The notes beneath the pieces were generated by a model. The model saw only the letters and a program-made list of their open reading frames with translations, had not been told where the DNA came from and searched no databases. A stretch of 63,893 nucleotides of DNA, filler included, from Cercozoa sp. M6MM (Eukaryota > Protista > Endomyxa: Ascetosporea): the NCBI GenBank assembly GCA_040357565.1. It is 17 parts of 17 records of this genome, joined end to end, with 100 filler letters (N's around TTAATTAATTAA, not from the genome) between each part and the next. Parts side by side here need not be neighbours in the genome. Positions count along the whole stretch, not along the records: positions 10,810 to 15,861 come from JBDODJ010000984.1; positions 15,962 to 18,484 come from JBDODJ010001751.1; positions 18,585 to 27,088 come from JBDODJ010000532.1; 14 more parts are not named here. One strand, written 5' to 3'. Of this stretch, positions 10,810-22,447 are shown in pieces. The position numbers and the translations under genes were made by a program. Position 1 is the first letter of the stretch; every line of letters begins with the position of its first letter.

Positions 10810-13800
10810 AGTTTGTTTGAGTTCCTGATATGTTTCCAGGGGTTTCTGACGTGTGTTTTCTGTCGAGCTCTGACTCTGGCCCTTCTGAGAGGGCGTTGCG
10901 GTTCATTGTTTTTGCTGTTTCGGGTCTGCTTTTTCAGTTTCTTGTGGTCTTTGTTTATTTTGATCCAGTTTCTCCTGTTGTGGTTGTTCCTTCCTTTCTT
11001 TGCTTCTTTGTCTGCTAGTTCGTTGAGGTGAATGTCGATGTGTGATGGTACCCAGTGTACCGTGATGTGCATGTCCTTTGTTAGTTCCTTCAATTGTGCA
11101 TCAATCTCATCCATCTCTGTTTTTTGAGGTGTTGTCAGGTGCAAGATTGTTCCTTTGTTGTCAATCAGGAGTGCGATACGGGTTTCTCCTTTTTCTTTAG
11201 CGTGTTTGATGCATTGCATTATGGCAACTCTTTCTGCATCATAGATAGTCGCGTTGGTGATTTTTCCATTGCCAGATCTTAGCCTTCCATTGACTGGTTT
11301 TCCTGATGTCCAGCCGTAGCCTGCTTCGCTTCCGGCAAGGCTGCCGTCAGTTGCGTACACTTGTTGTATCTCTGCTCTGTTTGAGAGGTCACGTATCAGT
11401 TGAAGCCACTTGTGCTTGTGGTGTTCAGCATCCATTTTCCGTATTGACCATGTCTCGTGTTCTCTGGGTCTGTTCTCTGTTTTGATGATCCTTCCGAGAA
11501 TCTTTCTCCTTCTTTGTGGCATTTCGCTCAGTTCAGCGTCGGTGATCTTGCGGTTTGTGGCTGCTCTTTTCCAAGCGGAAATTGGTGTGGTGTCAGTTTG
11601 TAGACACAGTGTGCTCTCTTTAGCGTAGTGATTGATTAGTTCTGTCGCTTCTGCTCGTTCTGCCATCTCTCCGATTGTTCCTGTGTCGGTGATGGTGTAC
11701 ACTGCCTCGTTGGGAGAGCTCGTGGGTAGTCTCATGCAGATCCTCAGGGCGGTGCGTTGTGTTATTTCGAGTTTTTTCCTCCATTTTGTGCTGCCTATTT
11801 TGTGCCACCAGAGCGCGATGCCGTATCGAGCGCATGACAGTATCCATGCTTTGTAGATCTGTACCGCTAGGTATTGTGTGAGTCCAGACCTCGTGTAAAT
11901 CAGTCTTTTCAGTGTGTTGATCCTCCGAGTGATTTTGTGGTGTAGTTGCTCTGCGTGTGCCTCGTACGACAGGTTTCTGTCTATGAGGAGACCTAAGATT
12001 CTCATTTTGTCTACTTGCTCGATGTCTTCTCTCTCGTTGTCGTGGGACAGTGTTTTCATTCTGATTTTGAGGTCTCTGATAGTCTTCTTTCCCATTTGGA
12101 TGAACTGAGTCTTTGTGGGTGCAAATTCCATGCCGTTGTGTTTTGCCCAGGTGGTGGCTGTGTCCAGGAGGCGCCTACACGCTTCCTGCATGTCTGATCT
12201 CTTTGTTGTCCTTACTATGACGTATGAGTCATCGGCGTATCCGACACTGTGTGCAGTGGTTACTGCTCCTTTAATTTTATAGTTTCGGGGGTGTCGTTTC
12301 ATGTGTTCTCCTGTTCTTTGCAGTTGTATGTGCATGTCATCGAGGAAGGTCTTTGCGAGTAGAGGGCTGCAGATGGCTCCTTGGGGAGTACTGCCGTTGA
12401 CTTGTTTGTCTGTTGATTCGGTGTCGTTTCTTCTCACCGAGATGGTTCTGTCTGAGAGGAAGGACTCCATGAGTAGCAGTTCTTTGCCATCCACATGTTT
12501 AGACAGGGCAATGATTGCGCCCTCTTTGTGGAGCTTGTCGAAGAAGCCTTTGATGTCTAGACTAATGACTGTCATGTACTCTCCTGCTTTCTTTGCCATT
12601 TCTGCCTGCTGTTGTATGTAAGCCAGTGTGTCTAGCGTTGACATGTGTTGTTTCCACCCAGATTGGTACTTGGATACATACTGTGTGTTCATTTGTTGGG
12701 ATGCTCTCTCGTTCATGAGTTTGTCCAGTAGCTTGCCGAGGCACGGCAGCAGCGAGATGGGTCGGTAGGAAGCTGCCTTTGTACAGTCCTTGCCAGGCTT
12801 GGGTAGCATCACTATAGTTGCATGTTTCCATGCCTTCGGGAAGTACCCATGTGTGAGACAGGCATTGTAGACCTTCAGTAGCAGTTGTTTGGTCTCCTCT
12901 GGTAGGTGTATGATGTGGTGGTTCATGATTTTGTCTCTGCCAGGTGCCTTGAATGGCGGAAGAGTGTTGATTGCAGCTTCCAGTTCGTCCATCGTCCATA
13001 GTTTTGGTGCTTGTTGCAGTTGTGCTGCCTGTTGTAACACCTCTTGGTGTTGTTGTGCAAATCTGTTCTCTCCGAGTACTTCATTGTACATTGCGAATTG
13101 GGACCAGTCTAGTGTGGTTTTCTTTTGTAAGTGTTCTGCAAAGATCTCTGCGATGGCTTTGTCTTCTGAGGCACCCTCAATTGTTGAGGCTCTGGTAGCG
13201 CCATTTGTTTCTCTGTCATTGATGTTTCTCAGTAGTCGAGTGGTCTCCCCAATTGTTGTGTGTGCGTTTAGTCTGGCCACTCTCTCCTGCCATAGTGCTT
13301 GTCTATCAATGCGAAGGCTTTGTCTGAGTTGTTTTCTCATGTTTTTGAGGAGTGCTTCGAGTTCAGACGCATCTTCATTTTTGTTTTTCAGTTCCTTAAT
13401 GAGTTTCATGGTGCTATATGTGTTCCTCTTGATTTTTATCGAGTCGACCGATATGCCTAGGCATGAGTGTTGGGTGATTATTTTGGTGGGTGTTGCCTCT
13501 TCTATGGCTTCCTGCATGGCTTTGGTGATGTCTTCGACTGTGTCGTTGATTTGCTCGATGTTGTCCACATCTCTCTCTTGTGATAGCAGTCGAATCGATT
13601 CATGTTCTTTGTATTTTTGGAGGTCTATCTTCTTGTAGTTCTTTCTCCGTATGGTGTGTTTTGGTTTACGCACTGCTCGTTCTACTGTGACCATAACAGC
13701 GTGGTGGTCGCTGTATAGGAAGTGCAGGTGATCGTAGACCGATATTGTAGATTGTGCTGAGATGACACTGTCAGCTATCGCAAGGTCTATCGTTGTTCTG

Positions 13801-14990
13801 GGCTTGGCCTCTGCCTCTCCTCGGACTCTGTAACTGTGGGTTGGAGTGTACTTGTTGAGTATCTCCCAGTCATTTTCAGCTATTGCTTCTTGTAGGGCAA
13901 TGCCTTGCTTGTTCGCCCGCGCTGATGTGGTTCTCGTTGTACCGTTGTCTACGTGTTCCTGGGAGTACCCAGCTTGATCTCTGGTATGTGCACACCACTT
14001 GGCGTGTTTTGCATTGAGGTCGCCAAGAATGAGACCAGGCTCCTGTGTTCTGCTGTGGAATTCCTTGAAGTCAGTTGTCAGTTGCTGCATTTGTTCCTTG
14101 CAGTTTCTGTCGGTTGGGTGGATGTAAGCGTACCATAGATGGAATCTCGTTCTCTTATGTTGTCCCACCCTTAGGTGGATGTATGAGGATGTTTCTGGGT
14201 TCCAGACACCAACAATGTGTAGCAGTGCTTTGTGTTTGCTGTATATCAGTGTGCCTTCTCGGAGTGTCTTGTTGTCTTCTTTGGATAGTTTTGGCGCGAT
14301 GGAGGCGACCAGTGCGTATTCGTTTAGTCTTTGCGGTGGGTTGTTGTGTCTGGTTTCACTTAAGCATACGATGTCCGGCCTTTCTTCGGGTTGCAGGCAG
14401 TAAACTTATATGCTGCTCAATAGTTCCTGTTGTTTTTCCTTGTTGAAGGTGTTCACGTTTTGGTGTAGGATGCGTAGTTTCGTACTTCTTTCAGCGTGGT
14501 TCTGTAGGGCCCCGATCTTTGCCCGCCTGAAGGCCTGCTGTATCGTTGCCCCGTTGAGTGTGCGTTTTGCGGTGCACCTGTGCTTAACTCGTTTGTCTGC
14601 GCGTTCGTACAGTTCTTTTATTCTTTTCTGTCCTGTCTCAGGTTCCAGGATTTCCTCTTGTTCTATCATGTATGCTTCTAGGCCTATTTCTCTCATGTCG
14701 GGTATAACTATCTCATCAATGTGACGATCGTTGTCATTGTTGTCATCACTCTCATAGGTTTCTATTCCAATCTCTCTCATACCTGGTATCTCGATCTCGT
14801 CGTTTGGGTGGTCTCTCTCTTCTCTGATATTTTCTGCGTGTCTTGTTCTTTTATTGCGGTTGTTTGCGCTCTCTGCTCCTTGTATATCAGCCAAGGCTCT
14901 GTTTCTTTTTTCTCCTATTCTAACCATCACTTGGGGTGTATTTTCGGTAGTGGTTTTGGAGGTTGTGCCTAGTTGGCGGGTTTGGTCCAT
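10810..14990 (-). pseudogene. Retrotransposon pol ORF interrupted by a single in-frame TAA at 14408-14406
   Basis: ORFs 14406-15041 and 10758-14168 are in the same frame. The 79 codons between them are open (VYCLQPEERPDIVCLSET...). Confidence 0.8.
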
Positions 14991-15310
14991 AGGGTTCTCG
15001 TCTGGTTGGTTTAAAGATTCGTTGGTTTTTAGTGGGTGCAAGCGGCGTTAGTTGCTCATCAAGGTGTTGTTTAGATTGTGTCATTGTTGCTGTGAACTCG
15101 GTGGGTCGTTGGCGGAATCTCCGCGCCGCTTGGTCGCAGAAGCTCCTAGTTGGGCGTATCAAACAGAGTTCACGCAAAGTGGCATTGATCAGACTGGGGC
15201 CGGGGTTGGGTGTTGCGCCGTTGCTGGCTTTGAAGCGAGCATGGTTGTAAGAGGCGCTAAGCCCGTTGGCACTGGCCCTTGCCGTAAAGCAATGATAGTT
15301 AACGATGAAA

Positions 15311-15861
15311 CTAGTGGTGGCGGTGAAGCCAGAGTTGGGTGAAACCAGTGGTGGTGGTGAAACCAGTGGTGGCGGTGAGGCCAGAGGTGGCTGTGAGGCC
15401 AGGGTTGGTGATGAAACCATTGGTGGCGGTGAAGCCAGAGTTGGTGGTGAAACCAGTTGTGGCGGTGAGGCCAGAGTGGGGAGTGGCACTGAGGCCGTTG
15501 TTGGCAATTAAGCGAAAGTTGGCGGTTAAGCCGTTGGGTGTTAGGCCTTTGCGGGTATTAAACCGGCATGGTTGGTAGAAATACCAACGGTGGAGTCCCG
15601 AAGGAGTCGTTTGGTGATGAAACCATTGGTGACGATTTTGCATACGCCAGTATGGACCCGAAGGTCGTGTTGGGCCGTCAGGCCGAAAGGAGGCGGTTAA
15701 GCCAGGTGCAGCGGTGAGGCTAGCGTTGGTGGTGAAACCAGTAGTGGCGGTGAGGCCAGAGTTGGTGGTGAAACCAGTGGTGGCGGTGAGGCCAGAGTTG
15801 GTGATGAAACCAGTGGTGGCGGTGAAGCCAGGGTTGGTGGTGAAACCAGTGGTGGCGGTGA
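15311..15861. repeat. 18/36-bp tandem array (GGTGGTGAAACCAGTGGTGGCGGTGAGGCCAGAGTT) upstream of the retrotransposon ORF
   Basis: Two blocks (~15311-15490 and ~15715-15861) with degenerate units between them. Confidence 0.9.
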
Positions 15862-16090
15862 NNNNNNNNNNNNNNNNNNNNNNNNNNNNNNNNNNNNNNN
15901 NNNNNTTAATTAATTAANNNNNNNNNNNNNNNNNNNNNNNNNNNNNNNNNNNNNNNNNNNNTTTACCCCCTGTTTACCCCCCTGTTTACCCTCTATTTAC
16001 CCCCCTGTATACCCCCTATTTACCCCCCTGTTTACCCCCTATTTACCCCCATGTTTACCCCCTATTTACCCCCATGTTTACCCTCGCGCA

Positions 16091-18115
16091 GAGAGGTGGA
16101 CGAGGAGGAAACGACGGCACTGGACGCACGTGCCAAGTCGATTCTGTGGTCGCGTTTCGCTGTGCAGCGACAACAAGGTTGTTTGACTTGTCTTGAGGAG
16201 GGGTAAGAGGGGGGTAAACAGGGGGGTAAACAGGGGGGTATAAATGCAGAGCGCAACGCACGCGCGCGCAGTCGGCGCAAACGAGCGATTCCGCTGGCAC
16301 GTGTGACTGGTGCAATGTCTTTCTTAGTATTTTGCTGGGATCCGCGCGGAGGGATGATCCGCTTGCGCAGACGACACGACCCTTCCGCGCGGACGCGAGG
16401 TGCGCCTGGCGAAACGCGCGTGGTCGCGGCGGCCCTGGTGGCTCGATGCGACACGCAATGTGCCGGTGGTAGTTTTCCTGTTTACCCCCCCCNNNNNNNN
16501 NNNNNNNNNNNNNNNNNNNNNNNNNNNNNNNNNNNNNNNNNNNNNNNNNNNNNNNNNNNNNNNNNNNNNNNNNNNNNNNNNNNNNNNNNNNNCGTGCCGC
16601 ACCTGCCGCCGGCAGAAACGCCGAAAATCGTGAGCGCCGATCGGAGCTTCGTCAGTGTGGCCAGTAGCTTTCGCTGTGTGCCACGTGTCTGACTGGGGGA
16701 TCAGCTGACTGGGGATCAACTGACTGGGTGTTAACTGACTGGATTGTGACTTTTTTTGGTAGCACCCATCTCGGCCACCAAATGGTCCTCTAAGGTGCAT
16801 CAGTTGGTACACTGCACTTTTACCCCCCTCTCTACCTCTCTTTATCCCTCGTCTCAGCGACAGAAGCGACAGCACGAGCAAGTGCACCGATCGTTGGATT
16901 TTCTGTATTTGTCAAAGTCCGAAAAACCCCACCACGGCGAGCTTGTTTGCACAGGCACAGTCCGAAAAGTGCGCCACTATCGTTCGAACGGGCTTCAACA
17001 CTCCGCATTCCGAGCTTTCAGTTGGACAGCACGCATCGTAGCCTGCCTAGCTCTGCGTTTGGACCTTTGTCGGGCTTTTTTGCTTTTTGGTTTTTTCAGT
17101 TTTTGCTTTTGCTTTTTTACTCCACAACGAACTCTGCTAAACTTTAAGAATTTAAATGTGCAGAGCCCTTGCAAACTATTCATGAGGAGCAGCTGCCGCG
17201 TACTGCTGTCGTGTAGGCTTTGCTGCTGCGGCTTTATTATTATTTCTTGTTTTGATCGATGTTTCTTTCGTGTATTTTTGGCATAAAGAAACGCTCGCGT
17301 CAATGTGAGCCGTGGAAGTTCGAAGAATAAGTTCGCGCGTCGTTTGCCGAACACTCTGGCAGCAGGTATCAGTACTGCGAAGGCTTTCACTCGAAGAAAG
17401 CCACTGCGAGAACAATTGTTCGAGCAAACAGGCTGTTTGCAAACAAAGCTTGTGACTTGAGTGAACAAGGTTGTTTTGCTGCTCAGAGACGCATGTGGTC
17501 GAAAAGGTCGGTCCGAAACTCGTGTCGCCACTTCTCCCGGCTTTCGAGCGTAGCTTTCGCTTTTTCATGTTGTTTCTTCTATTTGTCTGGACTAGCAAGA
17601 TACAAAAAAGCGGTTTTTTGTGGTGTAGCCAAGTTGCGTCGCCGAAAGTCGCGCGTTGTGGTTGTTGTTTTTTATATTTGTTTTGTTTTTGTATTTATGT
17701 GTGTTGTATTTTTCTGATTGTGTTGTCCTTTGTTGTAATTTTTAGATTTTGTTGTTTTTTGTAATTTTTGTATTTTGCGTTTTATTTGTGTTGTATTTTT
17801 TCTATTTTTTGTATTTGTGATTTTTGTTTTTTTGTTTTTTTATTTATTTATGTATTTCGTCGTTGTATTTTTGAAAGTATGTTTTTTTTTGTACAGTTTT
17901 GATTTATGTTTGTATTTTTTATGCTTGTGTGTTTTTCAGTGTGTATTTTCATGTTTCAGTTTCGTGTTGTTGCATTTTTGTTTGTTTGTATCTTCGCAGG
18001 GACCGAGATCGCCGGAGTTTAAAGCTTGTGCTCTGTTTTACCCCCCCCCCTCCTGATTCCCTTACCCCCTCGTTTGTTTTGGTTCGACTCAGCGACACTG
18101 CACCACCTCGTGAAC
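16091..18115 (+). CDS. Internal fragment of a multi-exon hypothetical gene
   Basis: GC-rich exon-like blocks alternate with low-complexity GT..AG introns. Product not recognised. Confidence 0.4.
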
Positions 18116-18134
18116 GTAAGAAACCCTACATACA

Positions 18135-18484
18135 GTGTATGTGTCTATGTTGTATTTATGCATGTATGTATCTATGTATGTATGTATGTATGTATGTATG
18201 TATGTATGTATGTATGTATGTATCTATGTATGTATGTATGTATGTATGTCTGTATGTGTATGTATGTATGTGTGTATGTATGTATGTATGTATGTATGTA
18301 TGTATGTATGTCTGTATGTCTGTATGTCTGTATGTCTGTATGTGTATGTATGTATGTATGTATGTATGTATGTATGTGTATGTATGTATGTATGCGTGTG
18401 ATGTATGTATGTATGTATGTCTGTATGTCTGTATGTGTGTATGTATGTATGTATGTATGTATGTATGTATGTATGTATGTATGT
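18135..18484. repeat. (TATG)n microsatellite
   Basis: Directly visible. Related tracts at ~45140-45370 and ~52190-52290. Confidence 0.97.
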
Positions 18485-18584
18485 NNNNNNNNNNNNNNNN
18501 NNNNNNNNNNNNNNNNNNNNNNNNNNNNTTAATTAATTAANNNNNNNNNNNNNNNNNNNNNNNNNNNNNNNNNNNNNNNNNNNN

Positions 18585-19264
18585 CTCACGCAGGCCGAAC
18601 GGCACCACGAGTGTCACGCCTTGGTGACCCGAGTCACGCAGCGTGCACAGCATCCCTGGGGAGAAGGGGGGGGGGGGGTAGAGTACAAGGGGGTCAGGGA
18701 GAAAGGGTCAAAAACCAGCCAGGCCGAACCAGTGGTCGCCATGCGCATGCGTGATGAAAATGTGCCTCACACGGCCACTGCGAACACGTGCGGCTTGCAC
18801 TACCAACAGGCAAGTTACCCTCTTTTTACATTCTTCACCCTTAACCATTCCCCCTTAGTCATTTCCCCTTACATCTTCACTCCTTAGCCATTCTTCACCC
18901 CTCAACACTCATAACACCTCTACCCTCTCCACCCCTCCCCCACGATACGTCCCCCATACTCTGGTGCCCATACTCTGGTGCTGCGTGCCCTCGCCGCAGT
19001 CGAAGAGCAGACACTCGCCGTTCGTGAGCGAAACCACGCCGCCGCTCACGTTGCCCGTTCGGCTACATACACACACGCGCCACTTTAAGTTATTGTACCA
19101 CCTCGTACCTTTAACAAACCACTGTACCGAGAGGGACGGCCACTCACGGTGCCCAGAAACTCGATCGATTTCAACAGGTTGCCCTGCCAGTGTTTAAATC
19201 AATAACAAGCGCCACTACAACGAAGTTAGAGCACCTGAGGCATTGGTTGGCGAAGTTCGCTCAT
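18585..19264 (-). CDS. tRNase Z / RNase Z, short-form (ELAC1/rnz-like) N-terminal part
   Basis: Spliced IEFLGTVSGRPS, CLLFDCGEGTQHQ and IFITHAHGDHWFGLAGMLCTL (HxHxDH metallo-beta-lactamase motif). Confidence 0.9.
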
Positions 19265-19545
19265 TGTGCAACTTTTGTAGCCCAATGATGCTCTACGACA
19301 AAATGCGTGACAAAAAACCCTGCCCAGAAATAGTTAAGAATGATCGTGCGGAATAATCGTGCGGAATAACCTCTCAGCGGCAAACAGAGTATTGAAAACT
19401 CCACGCACACGCCTCCACATCGACTCTCGCACCAATATTGGGGCAGCGATCGGTTGGGTGGCAAAAATTAAAGGCTCTGTTTTGATTGTCCCCAGTTCAG
19501 TACAGTGAACAACTTGTGGGTACTTGTAATGGCGGCGATTAACAC

Positions 19546-20229
19546 TCAGCTAGTGCGAACATCATTGTCGAGTTCAGCATCGAGGTAGTCAGCGAAGAGT
19601 TCGAGACCAAAAACAGCACCTGCAACGAATATCAATCAAGGAACCGAGGAGAAAGAAAGTCAAGTCGTACCGCGAACTTGTGCATTCACGAGAGCAACAT
19701 GCTTGAGATAGACAGCAGTTGCTCCTGCTTACAAAACTGTGTGTTAAATACAAGTGAGATTAACTGAATTGAACACACCATGCGGGTGCTTGCCGTCGTC
19801 GATTCGACTGACAGCGTTCAGTGGAATACACGCGGCACTCTAGAAAGTCACGCATGTCACGCAATAAAAAGAACATTTGGCCTAAGTACCTGCTGAGCTT
19901 CTTGCTGCACGTGCTTTGACCATTGCCAGATGCCTTGTCTGCAGGAACAAACACAGCTGGCAGAGGCACAAGCAAAAGATATTTAGTGCTTTACACTGAC
20001 TGCGAAAGCTCCTGAGAGGCGCCAGGAACACTATTTGGGTTGTCCAGAAGTTTTTGCGCGTACCAATGAAGACCTAAGACAAAGGATTGCGTGGGCAACG
20101 AACGCAACCATTAAATGTACCGATGCTGTTCTGGAGGCCGTGCGTGATTCGCTCCAAGCGCAGCCTTTCGTCCTCGAGACGTTTTTCCCGCGCTTGCTCG
20201 TCCTCTGTCTCAGACTCAGTAGGTAGCAT
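19546..20229 (-). CDS. MED10: Mediator subunit Med10 (Nut2)-like
   Basis: Spliced IPLNAVSRIDDGKHPH..LKHVALVNAQVRGAVFGLELFADYLDAEL matches the Med10 IP...ID.G.NP......N..V.G pattern. Confidence 0.7.
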
Positions 20230-20386
20230 CTGCTACTTACAAAACTCGAACCGTTAAAGTGAGCCTTAGTGCTAATAGTGAGCTGTAGAAAATTGACTTG
20301 GATCCTGAAAACAAAAACAAAAAGATTGCCTCGATCGCGTCCGTCTCGCTGCGCACAGCACATTTCAGAGGGTGCACGCGTAGCTT

Positions 20387-21470
20387 ATGGAGGAGTTAGG
20401 ACACGCAGGCACGGAGTTAGTGCGTGAGATGCAGCGTGCCGACTGGGTGCCTGTGTTCAACGATCGGTACCGATGGCTTGGGTTTTTGTGGTTCCTTATT
20501 TTTCTAACAGAGAACCTTGTTTGTGTCAGGCTGGTCCGTGAGGCGCAAGCACAACTCACGAAACTCGCAGCACGTGCGGAGCAGGAGGTGCTTTCGCAGC
20601 GTTTAGTTTTGCATGATGTATCCAACGACCTGTACACAGGCGACACGCTTTCATGCCGAAGAGCACTCACAAGATGAAGAGACTCGATCAAGGAGGTGTG
20701 TGTTGTGTCCGATCCGAGCTATTTGTGCATACACTAGACACTGCACAGGATTCGGCAGGTGTACACACTGCAGCGCGCGGTCGAATTCAACCGGCGTTGT
20801 CTCGTTGCGTAGTTTCACTTTAATTTGTTGGTATTCCATGAATACATACGCGCGGATGTGAAAAAGCAGGTACCAAAAGAACAGACTCGATAGAATTGAA
20901 GAAACGTGGTGGATGGATGGTGCACTGAGATATGCGAGTGAGTGCTTGTGGCTTTAACTGGTATTGCTGTTGCAGGTGGTCATCTGGATGACGAATCCGT
21001 CGAGCGTCTTGCTGTGACTGAGCAAGAGGTATGGAGATGTTTTCGATCAGTTTTCGCTGTCTGATCTGTTGATTTTCTCTCATGAGTTTAGCATTTTCGT
21101 TCCTTTGGTGCGCTGCTGCAAAAGTACATGGACAGTATCGACATTGACCTGACGACGGACATGTCGCCTCCCAATGCGACGCGAGTGGCCGTGCGCGTGC
21201 TAGAGGATTGTGGCACTGTAAGTGTTTCTCCTTGTTGAGTGGTTAGTGTGTGAATGTAAACAAGCTTGTCTGCGCAGCTCCAGACTGACACGGGCGTTGT
21301 GACACTGCGTAAAGGCAACCGACTTTTCTTGCCGCGGGATAATGTCGAGATTCTCGTCAGGTAAGCACACAAGTGTTATCTTTGTTTTTTGCGGTCTGCC
21401 CAGTCAAATTGTGCTCATGATTAGACAAGGCAAAGTGCGCCAGTGCGGCCAAACATCGGGCGCTCGCTAG
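20387..21470 (+). CDS. PSF1: GINS complex subunit Psf1
   Basis: ELVREM..VPVFND, FNRRCLVAYQKNRLDRI, IDLTTDMSPP..VAVRVLEDCG and FLPRDNVEILVRQG. Confidence 0.92.
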
Positions 21471-21556
21471 TCGTCCCAACTGAACCGAACTCTCCGTTCA
21501 TGATCGCGTCCGTCAAGCAGATTAAATTATCACGTAGGCGCTGTTTTATCATGCAG

Positions 21557-22265
21557 CTAGCCAGTGCGGGAAGCAGAGTCGCGGCGCGGCACGAGCTGCC
21601 GCAGCAGCGACTGCGACGACAGTGTGTCGCCGGCCGAGAGCACGACCTGTCCCCCAGCAAGCGCACATAGGGGGGAGGGAGGGGGGTAAAGATAAGCATA
21701 AGCAGTACATATCGGCGTCCACTGCGCTGCTGCAAAAGTCGCAGCGCCGCGAGTTCCGAGTGCGTCACGCCGCCCAGTACCATCTTTGCGAAGGGGTAAG
21801 GAGGTGGGAAGGGGGATAAAGCAGGGGTGTGGTACCACCAGGGTGACAGGTGCCTCCTCTTTGGTGACACGCTTGTCTGACTGTCGGAGAATTCTGACGC
21901 CACCTGCAACACACATAGAGTGTGTGTGTGTATGTATGTGTGTGTGTGTGTGTGTGTGTGNNNNNNNNNNNNNNNNNNNNNNNNNNNNNNNNNNNNNNNN
22001 NNNNNNNNNNNNNNNNNNNNNNNNNNNNNNNNNNNNNNNNNNNNNNNNNNNNNNNNNNNNGGGGGGGGGGGGCAAGGAAGTATAAACGTACCAGGCAAGT
22101 ACTGCATGGCTTGTGCCACGTCCTTGCCGCGCCAGCCTTCGCCTTCCACCTGACGTGCATACATGTCATGGACATAAACATGAGATATACATGTAGATAT
22201 CTAGATATCTAGATATCTAGATATCTAGATATATAGTATAGATATATAGACATATAGATATCTAT

Positions 22266-22300
<35 letters not shown>

Positions 22301-22392
22301 CATATAAATCTATGTATGGATATACATCACAGTCGCCTGTGACAAAAGAGCCGTCCTGTTGAAGATGCAGCGCCTCCACCAGTCGTACCTAC

Positions 22393-22447
<55 letters not shown>

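Larger units (their letters stand above)
10810..15861 (-). mobile_element. Non-LTR (LINE) retrotransposon with APE endonuclease, RT and RNase H (I/Ingi/Tad1-type architecture); both ends cut by contig limits
   Basis: APE motifs LRILHQNVN, PDIVCLSET, LILGDLNAKH, TIDLA and SDH. RT motifs KAPGRD, YRPISLL, LDIKGFFD, TPQGAICSP and YADD. RNase H motifs TDGS, AERVAI and HWVPSHIDIHLNELADKEAK. Intronless with distinct base composition. Confidence 0.95.

Noticed and set aside
10810-14990. Alternative nuclear genetic code (TAA as sense)
   Set aside because: TAA, TAG and TGA each terminate recognisable genes at expected positions in this window.
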